A stretch of 64,000 nt of DNA from Nitrospira sp. (GCA_047150005.1 AP038806.1:1888001-1952000), one strand, 5' to 3'. Numbered from the stretch's first letter, positions 10,467 to 22,717 are shown. Notes: generated by a model from the sequence alone, not told the origin. Numbers and translations: made by a program.

Positions 10467-11549
10467 ATGGCGCGTTCGACAGTACTTCTCGGCATGAGCG
10501 GCGGAGTTGACAGCTCCGTGGCCGCAGCCTTGCTGGTCCGGCAAGGCTACGACGTTCGAGGTGTGACCCTGCAAGTCTGGGAACCCGAAGATGAGGATGC
10601 CCCCGTATCGAAGAAGTGGCAGGAGCGGGGATGCTGCAAAATCGGGATCGCGAAGTTTGTCGCGAAGCAGCTGAACATTCCCTACGAAGTGATCGACATG
10701 CGGCAGCCCTTCCGCGAGGGAGTCATCGATGACTTTCTCCGGGGCTACGGAGAAGGCACGACCCCGAACCCCTGCGTGCGATGTAACGAACGCGTCAAAC
10801 TGCGCGGCCTCATCGAGCTTGCGGAGGCCCGCGGCATTCAGTACGTCGCGACAGGTCACTACGTTCGGACCGGCCAAAAGAACGGGAAGACGACGCTGTA
10901 CCGATCCGTGGATGCGAAGAAGGACCAGAGTTACTTTCTCTACCGCTTGCATGCCGAGTGGCTGCCACGCCTGATCTTTCCCGTGGGTGGGATGCACAAG
11001 GCGGAGGTGTGGCGCGAGGCCGAAGCACTGGGGCTGCCCGCCGACGAGCTGAAGGAAAGCCAGGAAATTTGCTTTGTGAGCCGCGGCGACTATCGGACCT
11101 TCATCGAAACAGAACTGCCTGAAGCGAGAAAGAGCGGTGCCTTCGTCGACCAGGAAGGACGATATCTCGGCGCCCATGAGGGCATCGCCTTCTATACGCC
11201 GGGACAGCGGCGCGGCCTGGGCGTGGCCGCTGGTCGGCGACTCTATGTCCAGGAAGTCCGCGCCGCGACCAACACCGTCGTGCTGGGTCCGGAAGAGTCG
11301 CTTGCGCAACGCAGTTGTCAGGTCGTGGATCTGAACCTGTTGGATCCGCGTCTGTTCACGCAGACGATTCGAGCCGAGGTCAAAATCCGCCATGCCACGC
11401 CGGCCTGTCCCGCAACGATCGAGCCGGTTGATCGGACCATCCTTCGCATCCGCTTCGATGCTCCGCTGCGAGCCGTGAGTCCAGGCCAGTCCGCCGTCTT
11501 TTATCAGGAAGACGCAGTGCTCGGCGGCGGGATCATTCGCGCCGATTAG
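10467..11549 (+). CDS. mnmA: tRNA 2-thiouridylase MnmA
   Basis: MSGGVDSS, GCC, PNPCVRCN, KDQSYFL, ESQEICF, PGQSAVFY. Confidence 0.95.
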   Translation: MARSTVLLGMSGGVDSSVAAALLVRQGYDVRGVTLQVWEPEDEDAPVSKKWQERGCCKIGIAKFVAKQLNIPYEVIDMRQPFREGVIDDFLRGYGEGTTPNPCVRCNERVKLRGLIELAEARGIQYVATGHYVRTGQKNGKTTLYRSVDAKKDQSYFLYRLHAEWLPRLIFPVGGMHKAEVWREAEALGLPADELKESQEICFVSRGDYRTFIETELPEARKSGAFVDQEGRYLGAHEGIAFYTPGQRRGLGVAAGRRLYVQEVRAATNTVVLGPEESLAQRSCQVVDLNLLDPRLFTQTIRAEVKIRHATPACPATIEPVDRTILRIRFDAPLRAVSPGQSAVFYQEDAVLGGGIIRAD

Positions 11550-11572
11550 TCTTCTACAGGCAGGTTGTCGTA

Positions 11573-11602
11573 TTGACAGTTCCCATCAGCCAGTGCTAAC
11601 TT
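11573..11602 (+). promoter_or_regulatory. Probable sigma70 promoter of atpHAGDC
   Basis: TTGACA, 18-nt spacer, TGc-TAACTT extended -10. Confidence 0.55.
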
Positions 11603-11675
11603 GGCGCGCCGATTTTCGTGCGTTCAGCACGAAAGCTTCCCGTTTGTCTAAAAGAGGAAAGAGCGGGCCTGCACA

Positions 11676-12215
11676 GTGATAAAGACGGCAGTTGCGCGAC
11701 GTTACGCACAGGCACTCTTCGAGCTTCTCGATCCATCGTTCATAGAAGCCACAAGAGGTACCCTCGCTGGTCTCGGGAAGGCCATGAAGGAATCCGCCTC
11801 CCTCCGCCACGTGGTGGCCTCACCCGCCTTCGGCGTCGAGGACAAAGTCGCCGTATTGACGGAACTCGGCAGCCGTTTGGGCTGCCCCCCGGCGGCGAAG
11901 GCCTTTCTGGGGCAGCTCGTCAAGAAGCACCGGGTCGCATTCCTGCCGGAAATTGCAGATGCCTTTGCCAATCTGGTCGATCGTTCAAAAGGGAGACAGC
12001 ACGTGGTGGTGTCCTCGGCCATCGCACTACCGTCCTCGGAACAGGAGCGCATCAAGGCTCGTCTGAGCGACACGTTGAAACGCGAGGTCGACGTCGCCTT
12101 TCAGACCGATGCCGCCCTCCTGGCCGGTCTCCAGATCCGCATCGGGAGCCGAGTGGTCGACAGCACGGTTCGGGGACGTCTCAATACCATACGAACAGTG
12201 TTGACGCGCGAATAG
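11676..12215 (+). CDS. atpH: ATP synthase F1 delta subunit
   Basis: VARRYAQALF, GLQIRIGSRVVDSTVRGRL. Confidence 0.94.
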   Translation: MIKTAVARRYAQALFELLDPSFIEATRGTLAGLGKAMKESASLRHVVASPAFGVEDKVAVLTELGSRLGCPPAAKAFLGQLVKKHRVAFLPEIADAFANLVDRSKGRQHVVVSSAIALPSSEQERIKARLSDTLKREVDVAFQTDAALLAGLQIRIGSRVVDSTVRGRLNTIRTVLTRE

Positions 12216-12233
12216 CACCATAGAGGAGCAGCC

Positions 12234-13751
12234 ATGCAGATCAAAGCGGACGAAATCAGCGCGATCATCAAAGAGAAGATCAAGGGCTTCGACAAGCAGG
12301 TCGACGTCAAGGAAACCGGATCAGTCATTCAAGTGGGAGACGGCATCGCCAAGGTCTATGGTTTGGACGGTGCCATGGCCGGCGAAATGTTGGAATTCCC
12401 CGGCGGTCTGTACGGCATCGCCCTCAATCTTGAGGAGGACAATGTCGGCGCCGTGCTGATGGGTGACGACGTCGGCATCAAGGAAGGCGATCCGGTGAAG
12501 CGCACCGGCCGCATCGCAGAGATTCCCGTCGGCGAGGCCCTGGTCGGCCGTGTTGTGAACGCCATCGGGCAGCCCATCGACGGGAAGGGGCCGATCACGT
12601 CGCAGCACTCATCGCGTATCGAGGTGGTGGCTCCCGGCGTCAATACCCGCCAATCAGTTCGCGAGCCGTTACAGACCGGCATCAAGGCAATCGATGCCAT
12701 GATCCCGATCGGACGGGGGCAGCGGGAGTTGATCATCGGCGATCGGCAGACCGGAAAGACCGCCATTGCCGTCGACACCATCATCAATCAAAAGGGGCTC
12801 GGCGTATTCTGCATCTACGTCGCCATCGGGCAAAAGCGCTCAACCGTTGCCCGCGTGGTCAAGACCCTGGAAGAAAACCACGCGATGGAATACAGCATGG
12901 TCGTGTCGGCGACCGCCAGCGATGCGGCTCCGATGCAGTTCTTGGCTCCGTTCGCCGGCGCCGCGATCGGCGAGTATTTTCGAGACAACGGCAAGCATGC
13001 GCTGATCGTCTACGACGATCTGTCGAAGCATGCGGTCGCGTACCGGCAATTGTCCCTGTTGTTGCGACGACCTCCCGGACGCGAGGCCTACCCGGGCGAC
13101 GTGTTCTATCTCCATTCTCGGCTGTTGGAGCGTGCGGCGAAGCTGAGCGACAAGCTCGGCGGGGGCAGCCTGACCGCGCTTCCGATCATCGAAACGCAAG
13201 CGGGTGACGTGTCGGCGTACATTCCGACCAACGTCATTTCGATCACAGACGGACAGATCTATCTCGGCAGCGACCTCTTCTACTCGGGCATCAGACCGGC
13301 GATCAACGTTGGGTTGTCGGTGTCGCGTGTCGGAGGCTCGGCCCAAATCAAGACGATGAAACAGGTGGCCGGAACCCTTCGCCTTGACCTCGCGCAATAT
13401 CGGGAAATGGCGGCCTTCGCGCAGTTCGGCAGTGAACTGGACAAGGCCACGCAGATGCAGCTCGCGCGCGGCGTGAGAATGGTCGAGTTGTTGAAGCAGG
13501 GGCAGTACAAGCCGATGCCGGTGAGTGATCAGGTGCTGTCCATCTATGCCGGGGTAAACGGCTTTCTCGACGATGTGCCGGTGGACAAGGTTCAGCAGTT
13601 CGAAGCCGACTTCCTCCACTATGTTCAACAGCACCATGCGGAACTGAAGAAGGAAATCGTCAGCATCGGCAAGATCGACGATAAAGTCGGCGGCCGACTC
13701 AAGGAAATCCTCACGACGTTCAAGCAGAAGATGGGGTACGGCGCCAAGTAA
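12234..13751 (+). CDS. atpA: ATP synthase F1 alpha subunit
   Basis: [29 protein letters not shown]. Confidence 0.98.
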   Translation: MQIKADEISAIIKEKIKGFDKQVDVKETGSVIQVGDGIAKVYGLDGAMAGEMLEFPGGLYGIALNLEEDNVGAVLMGDDVGIKEGDPVKRTGRIAEIPVGEALVGRVVNAIGQPIDGKGPITSQHSSRIEVVAPGVNTRQSVREPLQTGIKAIDAMIPIGRGQRELIIGDRQTGKTAIAVDTIINQKGLGVFCIYVAIGQKRSTVARVVKTLEENHAMEYSMVVSATASDAAPMQFLAPFAGAAIGEYFRDNGKHALIVYDDLSKHAVAYRQLSLLLRRPPGREAYPGDVFYLHSRLLERAAKLSDKLGGGSLTALPIIETQAGDVSAYIPTNVISITDGQIYLGSDLFYSGIRPAINVGLSVSRVGGSAQIKTMKQVAGTLRLDLAQYREMAAFAQFGSELDKATQMQLARGVRMVELLKQGQYKPMPVSDQVLSIYAGVNGFLDDVPVDKVQQFEADFLHYVQQHHAELKKEIVSIGKIDDKVGGRLKEILTTFKQKMGYGAK

Positions 13752-13818
13752 CAATGTTCAATAATGTTCAATGTTGAATTGTTAGTTTTGAGTTTGCGGA
13801 CGATATACCGCTCGTTGT

Positions 13819-14697
13819 ATGCCTAGTCTTCAATCGTTGCGCCGCAAGATCGCGGCCTTCAAGAATACGCAGAAGATCACCAAGGCCATGAAAATGGTGG
13901 CCGCGGCCAAGCTCAAACGGTCGCAAGATCGCATCCTGGCGGCGAGACCCTATGCGCACAAGATGCGGAGCGTCTTGGGGAATCTAAGCCAACGAGTCAA
14001 CCGTACGGCCCATCCGCTGTTGAGAAAGCACGAGGGTCGGAAAGTGGAGGTCCTCGTCGTGACCAGCGACCGAGGGCTTTGCGGAGGCTTTAACGGAAAC
14101 ATCACCAGGAAAAGTGCGGAATTCGTCCGGCAATGCGAGGCACGAGGCCTTCAGGTGAACCTGAGCATCGTCGGTCGCAAAGGTCGCGACTACTTCCGTC
14201 GTCGTACCTGGACGATCAGACAGGAATGGACCGGCGTCTTCGACAAGCTCAGTTTCGAGCATGCCATCGATATCGGCGACGACCTGAGTCGCAACTTCGT
14301 GGAAGGCACCTTCGACGAATTGTATGTCGTCTACAACGAGTTCAAGTCCGCGATTCAGCAGCGGGTCATCGTCGAAAAGCTCTTTCCGATCGATGCGGCC
14401 GCCGAGTTCGGCTCGGCCCAGACCGCAGGCACCACCGGCGGGAGTTATCTCTATGAGCCGGACGAAGCGGAGCTCCTGAGCGCCTTGGTGCCCAAGCACG
14501 TGCAAGTGCAGGCCTACCGCGTCCTGTTGGAGTCCGCGGCAGCCGAGCATGGGGCCCGCATGGCGGCCATGGACGGCGCGACGAGAAATGCCGGGCAACT
14601 CATCAGGAAGGTCACGTTGTATTACAACAAGACCCGGCAGGCCGCCATCACCAAGGAACTGATGGACATTGTCGGAGGCGCCGAGGCATTGAAATGA
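13819..14697 (+). CDS. atpG: ATP synthase F1 gamma subunit
   Basis: KITKAMKMVAAAK, SDRGLCG, RQAAITKEL. Confidence 0.97.
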   Translation: MPSLQSLRRKIAAFKNTQKITKAMKMVAAAKLKRSQDRILAARPYAHKMRSVLGNLSQRVNRTAHPLLRKHEGRKVEVLVVTSDRGLCGGFNGNITRKSAEFVRQCEARGLQVNLSIVGRKGRDYFRRRTWTIRQEWTGVFDKLSFEHAIDIGDDLSRNFVEGTFDELYVVYNEFKSAIQQRVIVEKLFPIDAAAEFGSAQTAGTTGGSYLYEPDEAELLSALVPKHVQVQAYRVLLESAAAEHGARMAAMDGATRNAGQLIRKVTLYYNKTRQAAITKELMDIVGGAEALK

Positions 14698-14807
14698 ATT
14701 CGAGCGGGTCCTGCCGCCGACCAGCCCGTTCATCCTCGCACCCCGCCCGGTGTGGGGACCCCGCTGCGGGTGACCGGGCACCCAGGTCTGGCGCCACCCG
14801 CTCGAAT
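14698..14807. repeat. Structured intergenic element bounded by a perfect 12-bp inverted repeat
   Basis: ATTCGAGCGGGT (14698-14709) ... ACCCGCTCGAAT (14796-14807), with internal GC hairpins. Confidence 0.6.
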
Positions 14808-14827
14808 GGACTGGCTGGAGTGAATAA

Positions 14828-16281
<1,454 letters not shown>

Positions 16282-16282
<1 letters not shown>

Positions 16283-16704
16283 TGGCTGGAAAGATACTTT
16301 TAGAAGTCGTCACGCCGGAAAAGCAGCTGCTGAGCCAGCAGGTGGATGAAGTCATCGCGCCGGGTTCCGAAGGAGAGTTCGGGGTGTTGCCCGGGCATTG
16401 TCATTTCCTTTCCACCCTGCGAATCGGTGAACTCCGCTATCGCATCGGTGATCAGACCAGCCACATGGCGGTTCTCTGGGGGTATGCCGAAGTCACGCCG
16501 ACCAAAGTCACCATCATGGCTGAGATCGCTGAGAAAGCGGAGGACATCGACGTGGGTCGGGCTCAGGCCGCCGTCGAGTCGGCAGAGCGACGCCTGAAGG
16601 CCGGTGGTCTTCCCTCTGAACTCAAGGAAGCTGAGATCAGTCTCGAAAAAGCCCGCCTCCGCAAGAAGATCGCCGAACGCGCCCGCAAGACTGGCCACGC
16701 ATAG
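16282..16704 (+). CDS. atpC: ATP synthase F1 epsilon subunit
   Basis: LEVVTPEK, GEFGVLPGH, C-terminal helices; overlaps atpD stop. Confidence 0.95.
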
Positions 16705-16913
16705 GAATCCCGCTCAGCCGGACCGTTGCTTCTCCGCTGCTGAGCACGAGCCGTCGGGGTTCCACGGAGGGAACGCCTCCGGAAATCGGCTCAAGGTCGG
16801 GTGAGTTTCCGCCTTCCTATTTCAATCCACCCTGCGTCTCCACCTCAAGAACCAGGTCAGCTTCCGCGCACTTTCCTCTTGAAGCCAACTTAAAGGACGG
16901 GACAGCGATCGAA

Positions 16914-17210
16914 TTGACCTTGGCAGGACAAGAGGATGTGCCGTTACTTGCCAAGCTCTATGAGAGGATTGTCGCCGAGGGGACGTCGTACCCCCGAGAC
17001 CAGCTCCTCCAGGAAGAGGAATTTCAGGACTACTGGGTCAGAGGAAAGTACACGGTGGTGGCATATGAGCGGCCACGTAAGCCGAGCAGTGAGGGATTAG
17101 GCGCATTTTATCTCAAGCCGAACTGGCCTGGGCGGCTCCTCGGCGCGGTGATGGGGCACCAGCTTCCCTTCCGCGAGGAATTCGACGCCGTCTTCCGCAA
17201 GGCTGCCCGC
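16914..17210 (+). pseudogene. Truncated GNAT acetyltransferase, probably fused to a SAM-methyltransferase fragment
   Basis: IVAEGTSYP...LGAFYLKPNWPGR matches a GNAT N-terminal half, then abruptly LPFREEFDAVF; no GNAT acetyl-CoA motif follows. Confidence 0.5.
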
Positions 17211-17522
17211 ACATGTCCGCCTGCGCTGCCACGTCGTCAAGCCGACCGTTGGATGATGCACGATTCCCACCCCTGCGGTCACGAAATCTCAATCACGACC
17301 CTGCCTCGACCATCATTTGCCAGGCAATCCTTCTTTGGGCTGCCCGGGTGGGGAGTGCGACAGCTTGTGGGTGTGTGTCACGGTGCGTTCAGCATCAACG
17401 AGCTCGCTTGACGGCCTACAGGGGCATGGTCTACGCTCGAATTCTTGGGCGCCGGTCCTTTCCGACCTCGCGAGAGACGACCGAGGGCGGTTCCAGCCAT
17501 ATCCGAATTGTGAGGGGTGGAG

Positions 17523-18251
17523 ATGACGTATTGCGTGGGCGTGATCCTGGAGTCGGGCTTGGTCCTCGCGTCGGATTCACGAACCAATGCGGGCATGGAT
17601 CAAGTCGGCAACTTTCGCAAAATGACGGTGTTCGAGCGTCCCGGCGATCGGGTGATCGTGATGCTCAGCTCCGGCAATCTTGCCGTGACTCAGGGCGTGG
17701 TGGCCCTGTTGGAGCAGCGAGCGCAGATGTATCAGCAGAACATCTGGAACAGTGCGTCCCTGTATGATATCGCCTGCCTCGCTGGAGAGACGTTGCGTGA
17801 GGTGCAGAAACGGGACGGACCCTATCTCATGCAGCACAATATCGATGCCGGCGCCGGTTTTATTCTAGGAGGGCAGATCTGCGGTGAACGGCACCGGCTC
17901 TTCAATATTTACGCGGAAGGGAATTTTATTGAAGCCACTCCCGATACACCGTTCTGTCAGAACGGTGAAATCAAATATGGAAAGCCCATCATCGACCGGG
18001 TGATCACCTATTCCACCGGCTTGATGGAAGCGGCGAAATGCGTCCTGATCTCGTTCGACTCGACGATGCGCAGCAATATTTCCGTCGGGCCGCCGATCGA
18101 CCTGCTGTGTTATGAGCGGGACAGCCTGAAAGTCGGGCTCCAGCGACGCCTGGGAGACCAAGACTCGTACTTTAACCATGTGCGGCAGCGGTGGGGGGCC
18201 GGGTTGAAACGGCTGTTCTCCGAACTGCCGGATCCCTCTTGGAACGACTGA
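17523..18251 (+). CDS. Proteasome-type Ntn peptidase (Anbu family)
   Basis: MTYCVG start exposing Thr1; SDSRTNAG, GNLA, GEIKYGKPIIDR, STMRSNISVGPPIDL. Confidence 0.9.
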   Translation: MTYCVGVILESGLVLASDSRTNAGMDQVGNFRKMTVFERPGDRVIVMLSSGNLAVTQGVVALLEQRAQMYQQNIWNSASLYDIACLAGETLREVQKRDGPYLMQHNIDAGAGFILGGQICGERHRLFNIYAEGNFIEATPDTPFCQNGEIKYGKPIIDRVITYSTGLMEAAKCVLISFDSTMRSNISVGPPIDLLCYERDSLKVGLQRRLGDQDSYFNHVRQRWGAGLKRLFSELPDPSWND

Positions 18252-18255
18252 TCCA

Positions 18256-21200
18256 ATGAGTATCAGGGTCGCGCTGAACCACAGGACTCACTATCGTTTC
18301 GATCGGCCGGTGAGCCTCTTCCCTCACGAAATCCGCCTGCGCCCGGCTCCCCATTGCAGGACCCGCATTCACAGCTATTCGTTGAGTGCTCGTCCGACCA
18401 ATCATTTCATCAGCTGGCAGCAGGACCCCTACGGCAATTACCTCGCCCGTCTCGTCTTTCCGGAGCGGACCACCGAACTCGATGTGGTCGTGGACTTGGT
18501 GGCGGACATGACGGTGATCAACCCGTTCGACTTCTTCATCGAGCCCTCCGCCGAACGCTTTCCCTTTGCGTACCAGTCGCAGTTGGCCAACGAGCTGGCG
18601 CCCTTCCTTGAAGTGGACCGCTGCGGTCCGTTGCTCGGCGCCTGGCTGGAACGATTCAAACTGGCCGATCACGGCGAATCGAAGGGAACCACCGACTTTC
18701 TGGTCCGACTCAACCAACGGCTCCAAAAGGGTATCGAGTACATCGTTCGGCTCGAACCAGGCGTGCAGGCTTGCGAGGAGACGCTGCGTCTCCGCCGAGG
18801 TTCCTGCCGTGACAGCGCGTGGTTGCTGGTGCAGATTCTTAGGAATTGCGGCCTTGCCGCACGGTTTGCGTCGGGATACCTGATTCAACTGGTCGCCGAT
18901 GTGAAGTCGCTCGATGGTCCGCCCGGGCCCAAGCAGGATTTCACCGACCTGCATGCCTGGGCGGAGGTCTATATTCCCGGGGCCGGCTGGATCGGCCTCG
19001 ACCCGACATCCGGGTTACTCGCGGGAGAAGGACACATTCCCTTGGCCTGCACGGCCTCTCCATCCAGCGCTGCGCCCGTGATCGGGCGGACGGAGGTCTG
19101 CGAGGCCGAGCTGGACTTCCGCATGTCGGTCACGCGGATTCACGAAGATCCGCGCGTCACGAAGCCTTATTCCGACGGTCAGTGGCAAGCCATCGAGGCG
19201 CTGGGCCGCCAGGTCGATGCCGATTTGCAAGGCGGCGACGTGCGGCTCACGATGGGAGGAGAGCCGACCTTCGTCTCGATTGACGATATGGAGGGGGCCG
19301 AGTGGAACACCGATGCGCTCGGTCCCACCAAGCGGAAGCATGCCGGTGATTTGCTCAAACGTCTGAAGAACCGGTTTGCTCCGGGTGGGTTGCTGCACTA
19401 CGGTCAGGGCAAATGGTATCCGGGTGAAGCACTCCCTCGGTGGGCATTGGGGTGCTACTGGCGGCAGGACGGCGAGCCGGTCTGGCACGATCCGGCGTTG
19501 ATCGCCGATGAATCAGTCTCCTACGGTTATTCCGCTGGTCATGCGCAGAAGTTTGCGACCAAGTTGACCGAACGACTGCATCTGGACCAGGCGTTTGCCA
19601 TCCCAGCCTACGAAGACGTCTGGCATTATCTAATGGAGGAACAGAAGCTCCCTATCAACGTGGACCCGCTCCAACGAGATCTCAAGGATCCTGAGCAGCG
19701 CCGTACCTTGGCGCGCCTGCTGGATCGAGGATTGGGGGAAGTGGCTGGCTATGTCTTGCCTCTGAGAGCAGTCGCACCGCCGGCGTCCAGCTCCTCGGGC
19801 CCGCGCAAAGCCAGATGGATTTCCGGCCTTTGGCCGCTGAAGCGAGGGCGGCTGTACCTCTTACCAGGAGATTCGCCGATGGGCTATCGACTGCCCTTGA
19901 CCTCGCTTCCTTGGGTGGTTCCGGAAGATGTTGAGATCGAGCCTGAACGCGACCCTCTGGAGGTACGCGAGCCATTAGAGCCGGCAGGGTCTCGACCGCG
20001 CGCATCAGGAGCGCTTGACCAATGCCAACTCGCGATCACCACATCATGGGCGACCAGTGAATCGGCTCAGGGTACGGTCAGGACGGCCCTCTGTATCGAG
20101 GTCCGGCAGGGCCGGCTGCACGTCTTCATCCCGCCGCAGTCGTATCTGGAAGATTACCTCGATCTGATCAGCGCAGTTGAGCAGACCGCGGCTGAGTTAC
20201 ACAGTCCGCTATGGGTGGAGGGGTATCCGCCTGCCTATGATCCTCGATTACAGTCGTTCAAAGTCACTCCCGATCCAGGTGTCATTGAAGTCAACATTCA
20301 CCCGGCCAAGGATTGGCACGAACTGGTCGGCAACACCCATGTGCTTTATGAAGAAGCGCGCCAGTCACGGCTGGGGACGGAAAAGTTCATGCTCGATGGG
20401 CGCCATACGGGCACGGGCGGCGGCAACCATGTCACCTTAGGCGGCCTCACGCCGACAGATAGTCCGATGTTGCGCCGTCCGGATCTGCTCAAGAGCCTCG
20501 CTACCTATTGGCTGAATCATCCAGGATTGTCCTACCTGTTCTCTGGCATGTTTGTGGGGCCGACCAGCCAGGCACCCAGGGTGGATGAGGCTCGCCACGA
20601 TCACCTGTACGAACTCGAGATTGCCTTTCAGCAGATGGAGGCCAGACAGCAGTCTGGGCAGGACACTCCGACGCCGTGGCTGGTGGATCGCTTGCTGCGA
20701 CATCTGCTCGTTGATCTCACCGGCAATACACACCGCGCCGAATTTTCCATCGACAAGCTCTATTCGCCGGATTCCACGATGGGACGCCTGGGGTTGGTGG
20801 AATTCAGGGCCTTTGAAATGCCGCCCCATCCCCGGATGAGTCTGTCGCAGCTATTGTTGCTGCGCGCCCTCGTCGCAAAGTTCTGGAAGCAGCCCTACCA
20901 GGCTCAGGTGGTGCGGTGGGGAACGCAATTGCATGACCGCTTCATGCTGCCCCATTTCGTCTCGCAAGATATGAACGACGTCGTGGGGGATTTACAAGCC
21001 AGTGGATATCCATTTCGCAACGAATGGTTTGCGCCGTTTCTTGAGTTCCGCTTTCCCCGTTACGGGAGCGTGGTCTACGAGGGTGTTGAGGTCGAGCTGC
21101 GACAGGCCGTTGAACCGTGGCATGTGTTGGGAGAAGAAGCGGTCGCCGGCGCCACTGCGCGCTATGTGGACTCGTCTGTGGAACGCATTCAGGTCAAAGT

Positions 21201-21597
21201 CAACGGCATGGTCGATCCACGTCACGTCGTGACGTGCAACGGACGTCCGGTCCCGCTTCATCCGACCGGGACCGGCGGCGAATTCGTCGCGGGAGTCCGG
21301 TATCGGGCCTGGCAACCGCCTTCAGCCCTGCACCCGACCATCCCGGTGCAGTCCCCGCTGCGGTTCGATGTCATCGATACCTGGACGGGACGTGCGATCG
21401 GCGGCTGCACCTACCACGTGATGCATCCGGGAGGACGGAGCTACGGCGTCTTTCCCGTCAACGCGAACGAAGCCGAAGCCCGACGCCTCGCTCGGTTCTG
21501 GGCCCACGGTCATACGCCGGGGCCGATGACCGTCCAGCTCGAAGACCGGAATCGCGACTTCCCCTTTACCCTCGATCTGCGACGGAAGCCCGCCTAG
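18256..21597 (+). CDS. Transglutaminase-like protein fused to DUF2126 (putative amidoligase) domain
   Basis: GSCRDSAWLL and LHAWAEVYIPGAGWIGLDPT triad motifs; LTMGGEPTFVS, GTGGGNHV, GPTSQAPR. Confidence 0.9.
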   Translation: MSIRVALNHRTHYRFDRPVSLFPHEIRLRPAPHCRTRIHSYSLSARPTNHFISWQQDPYGNYLARLVFPERTTELDVVVDLVADMTVINPFDFFIEPSAERFPFAYQSQLANELAPFLEVDRCGPLLGAWLERFKLADHGESKGTTDFLVRLNQRLQKGIEYIVRLEPGVQACEETLRLRRGSCRDSAWLLVQILRNCGLAARFASGYLIQLVADVKSLDGPPGPKQDFTDLHAWAEVYIPGAGWIGLDPTSGLLAGEGHIPLACTASPSSAAPVIGRTEVCEAELDFRMSVTRIHEDPRVTKPYSDGQWQAIEALGRQVDADLQGGDVRLTMGGEPTFVSIDDMEGAEWNTDALGPTKRKHAGDLLKRLKNRFAPGGLLHYGQGKWYPGEALPRWALGCYWRQDGEPVWHDPALIADESVSYGYSAGHAQKFATKLTERLHLDQAFAIPAYEDVWHYLMEEQKLPINVDPLQRDLKDPEQRRTLARLLDRGLGEVAGYVLPLRAVAPPASSSSGPRKARWISGLWPLKRGRLYLLPGDSPMGYRLPLTSLPWVVPEDVEIEPERDPLEVREPLEPAGSRPRASGALDQCQLAITTSWATSESAQGTVRTALCIEVRQGRLHVFIPPQSYLEDYLDLISAVEQTAAELHSPLWVEGYPPAYDPRLQSFKVTPDPGVIEVNIHPAKDWHELVGNTHVLYEEARQSRLGTEKFMLDGRHTGTGGGNHVTLGGLTPTDSPMLRRPDLLKSLATYWLNHPGLSYLFSGMFVGPTSQAPRVDEARHDHLYELEIAFQQMEARQQSGQDTPTPWLVDRLLRHLLVDLTGNTHRAEFSIDKLYSPDSTMGRLGLVEFRAFEMPPHPRMSLSQLLLLRALVAKFWKQPYQAQVVRWGTQLHDRFMLPHFVSQDMNDVVGDLQASGYPFRNEWFAPFLEFRFPRYGSVVYEGVEVELRQAVEPWHVLGEEAVAGATARYVDSSVERIQVKVNGMVDPRHVVTCNGRPVPLHPTGTGGEFVAGVRYRAWQPPSALHPTIPVQSPLRFDVIDTWTGRAIGGCTYHVMHPGGRSYGVFPVNANEAEARRLARFWAHGHTPGPMTVQLEDRNRDFPFTLDLRRKPA
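21364..21590 (+). repeat. Left copy of 227-bp direct repeat (3' end of transglutaminase gene)
   Basis: Matches 24253-24479 with about 5 mismatches by eye. Confidence 0.93.
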
Positions 21598-21825
21598 CCC
21601 GACCCACGCCCTCTGAACCGGCTTCCCATCGTCTCCCAGGTGTTGTCCCGGTCGCCACTTCCGACCGGCCTACCGCGGGTCATTCTCTGGATACACCGCT
21701 CGACCTCGCCGTCCCTCTCGGCTGGTGGCAACTTGACAATGGCACCCAAGAGACAGATATTGCCGATGCTTCATGCAGGCATGGAGACGATTCAGGATGA
21801 GCCATCCCCCCTGCTGATTCCAATG

Positions 21826-21852
21826 GGTGAGCTGTTCACCTAATAGTTAAGC
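21826..21852 (+). promoter_or_regulatory. attI-like site heading the cassette array
   Basis: GGTGAgctgtTCACC dyad, then TAATA and core GTTAAGC (GTTRRRY) just before the first cassette ORF. Confidence 0.5.
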
Positions 21853-21865
21853 CCATGGGATGCAC

Positions 21866-22717
21866 ATGAGTTCTGCGACTATCAAGCTATTCCTACCCGA
21901 CGGCGACGCGAAGGGCCTCCGCACCGCGGAGATATCCAACTGGACGGGCAAGGCGCTGGCCGCTCCCCGAACCGAATTGGACCGTCTCGTCTCCCGGGAC
22001 GAGTGCGAGAAGGCAGGTGTCTATGTTCTCACGGGCACCGACCCAGCGACGAACACGCCGCACGCGTACATCGGTGAGGCGGAGATCATTCGCGATCGCT
22101 TGAAGCAGCACAAGGGCAAGGAATTCTGGGTATCGGCGATCGTCTTCGTAAGTCAGGACGAGAATCTAACGAAGGCTCACGTCCGTTATCTCGAGAGCCG
22201 GTTGCTCTCCGAAGCGGCCAAGATCGGTCGGTTCACGCTGGAGCAGAACCAGGCAACCGGTTCCAAGCTCCCCGAGTCGGACCGGGAAGACATGGAGGTG
22301 TTTCTCTCTCGGATCCGCCAACTCCTTCCGGTCCTGGGATCGGATTTGTTGACGTCAATTGTGGGCGCGAAAGCCAAGCCGACGACTGCCGGCCCGCTTA
22401 TCTGTCGCATCAAGGGTGCTGTTGCACATGGGCAGCGCACCCAGGAGGGATTCGTCGTATTCAGGGGCTCTACTGCGGTTTTGAAAGATCGGCCGTCGGC
22501 GCAGGAGCGTCACCCATTCGCGGTCGTGCTTCGCAAGCAGCTGGTGGCCGACGGGACGCTTGCGCCGAAGGGTGATTTCTACTCCTTTACCAAGGATGCG
22601 GAGTTCTCCAGCCCAAGCACTGCTGCGGCCGTCGTCCATGGAGGAGGCGCAAACGGGCTCACGGAGTGGAAAACCAAGGATGGAACGACCCTCAAGGAGC
22701 TTGACGAGAGGGCCTAA
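21866..22717 (+). CDS. GIY-YIG nuclease with C-terminal DUF4357 domain (cassette 1)
   Basis: GVYVL...AYIGEAE..RDRLKQH; C-terminal FSSPSTAAAVVHGGGANGLTEWK. Confidence 0.85.
   Translation: MSSATIKLFLPDGDAKGLRTAEISNWTGKALAAPRTELDRLVSRDECEKAGVYVLTGTDPATNTPHAYIGEAEIIRDRLKQHKGKEFWVSAIVFVSQDENLTKAHVRYLESRLLSEAAKIGRFTLEQNQATGSKLPESDREDMEVFLSRIRQLLPVLGSDLLTSIVGAKAKPTTAGPLICRIKGAVAHGQRTQEGFVVFRGSTAVLKDRPSAQERHPFAVVLRKQLVADGTLAPKGDFYSFTKDAEFSSPSTAAAVVHGGGANGLTEWKTKDGTTLKELDERA

Noticed and set aside
21598..21845. Possible intI gene or remnant upstream of the cassette array
   Set aside because: Too short, and I found no tyrosine-recombinase motif in the frames I read.
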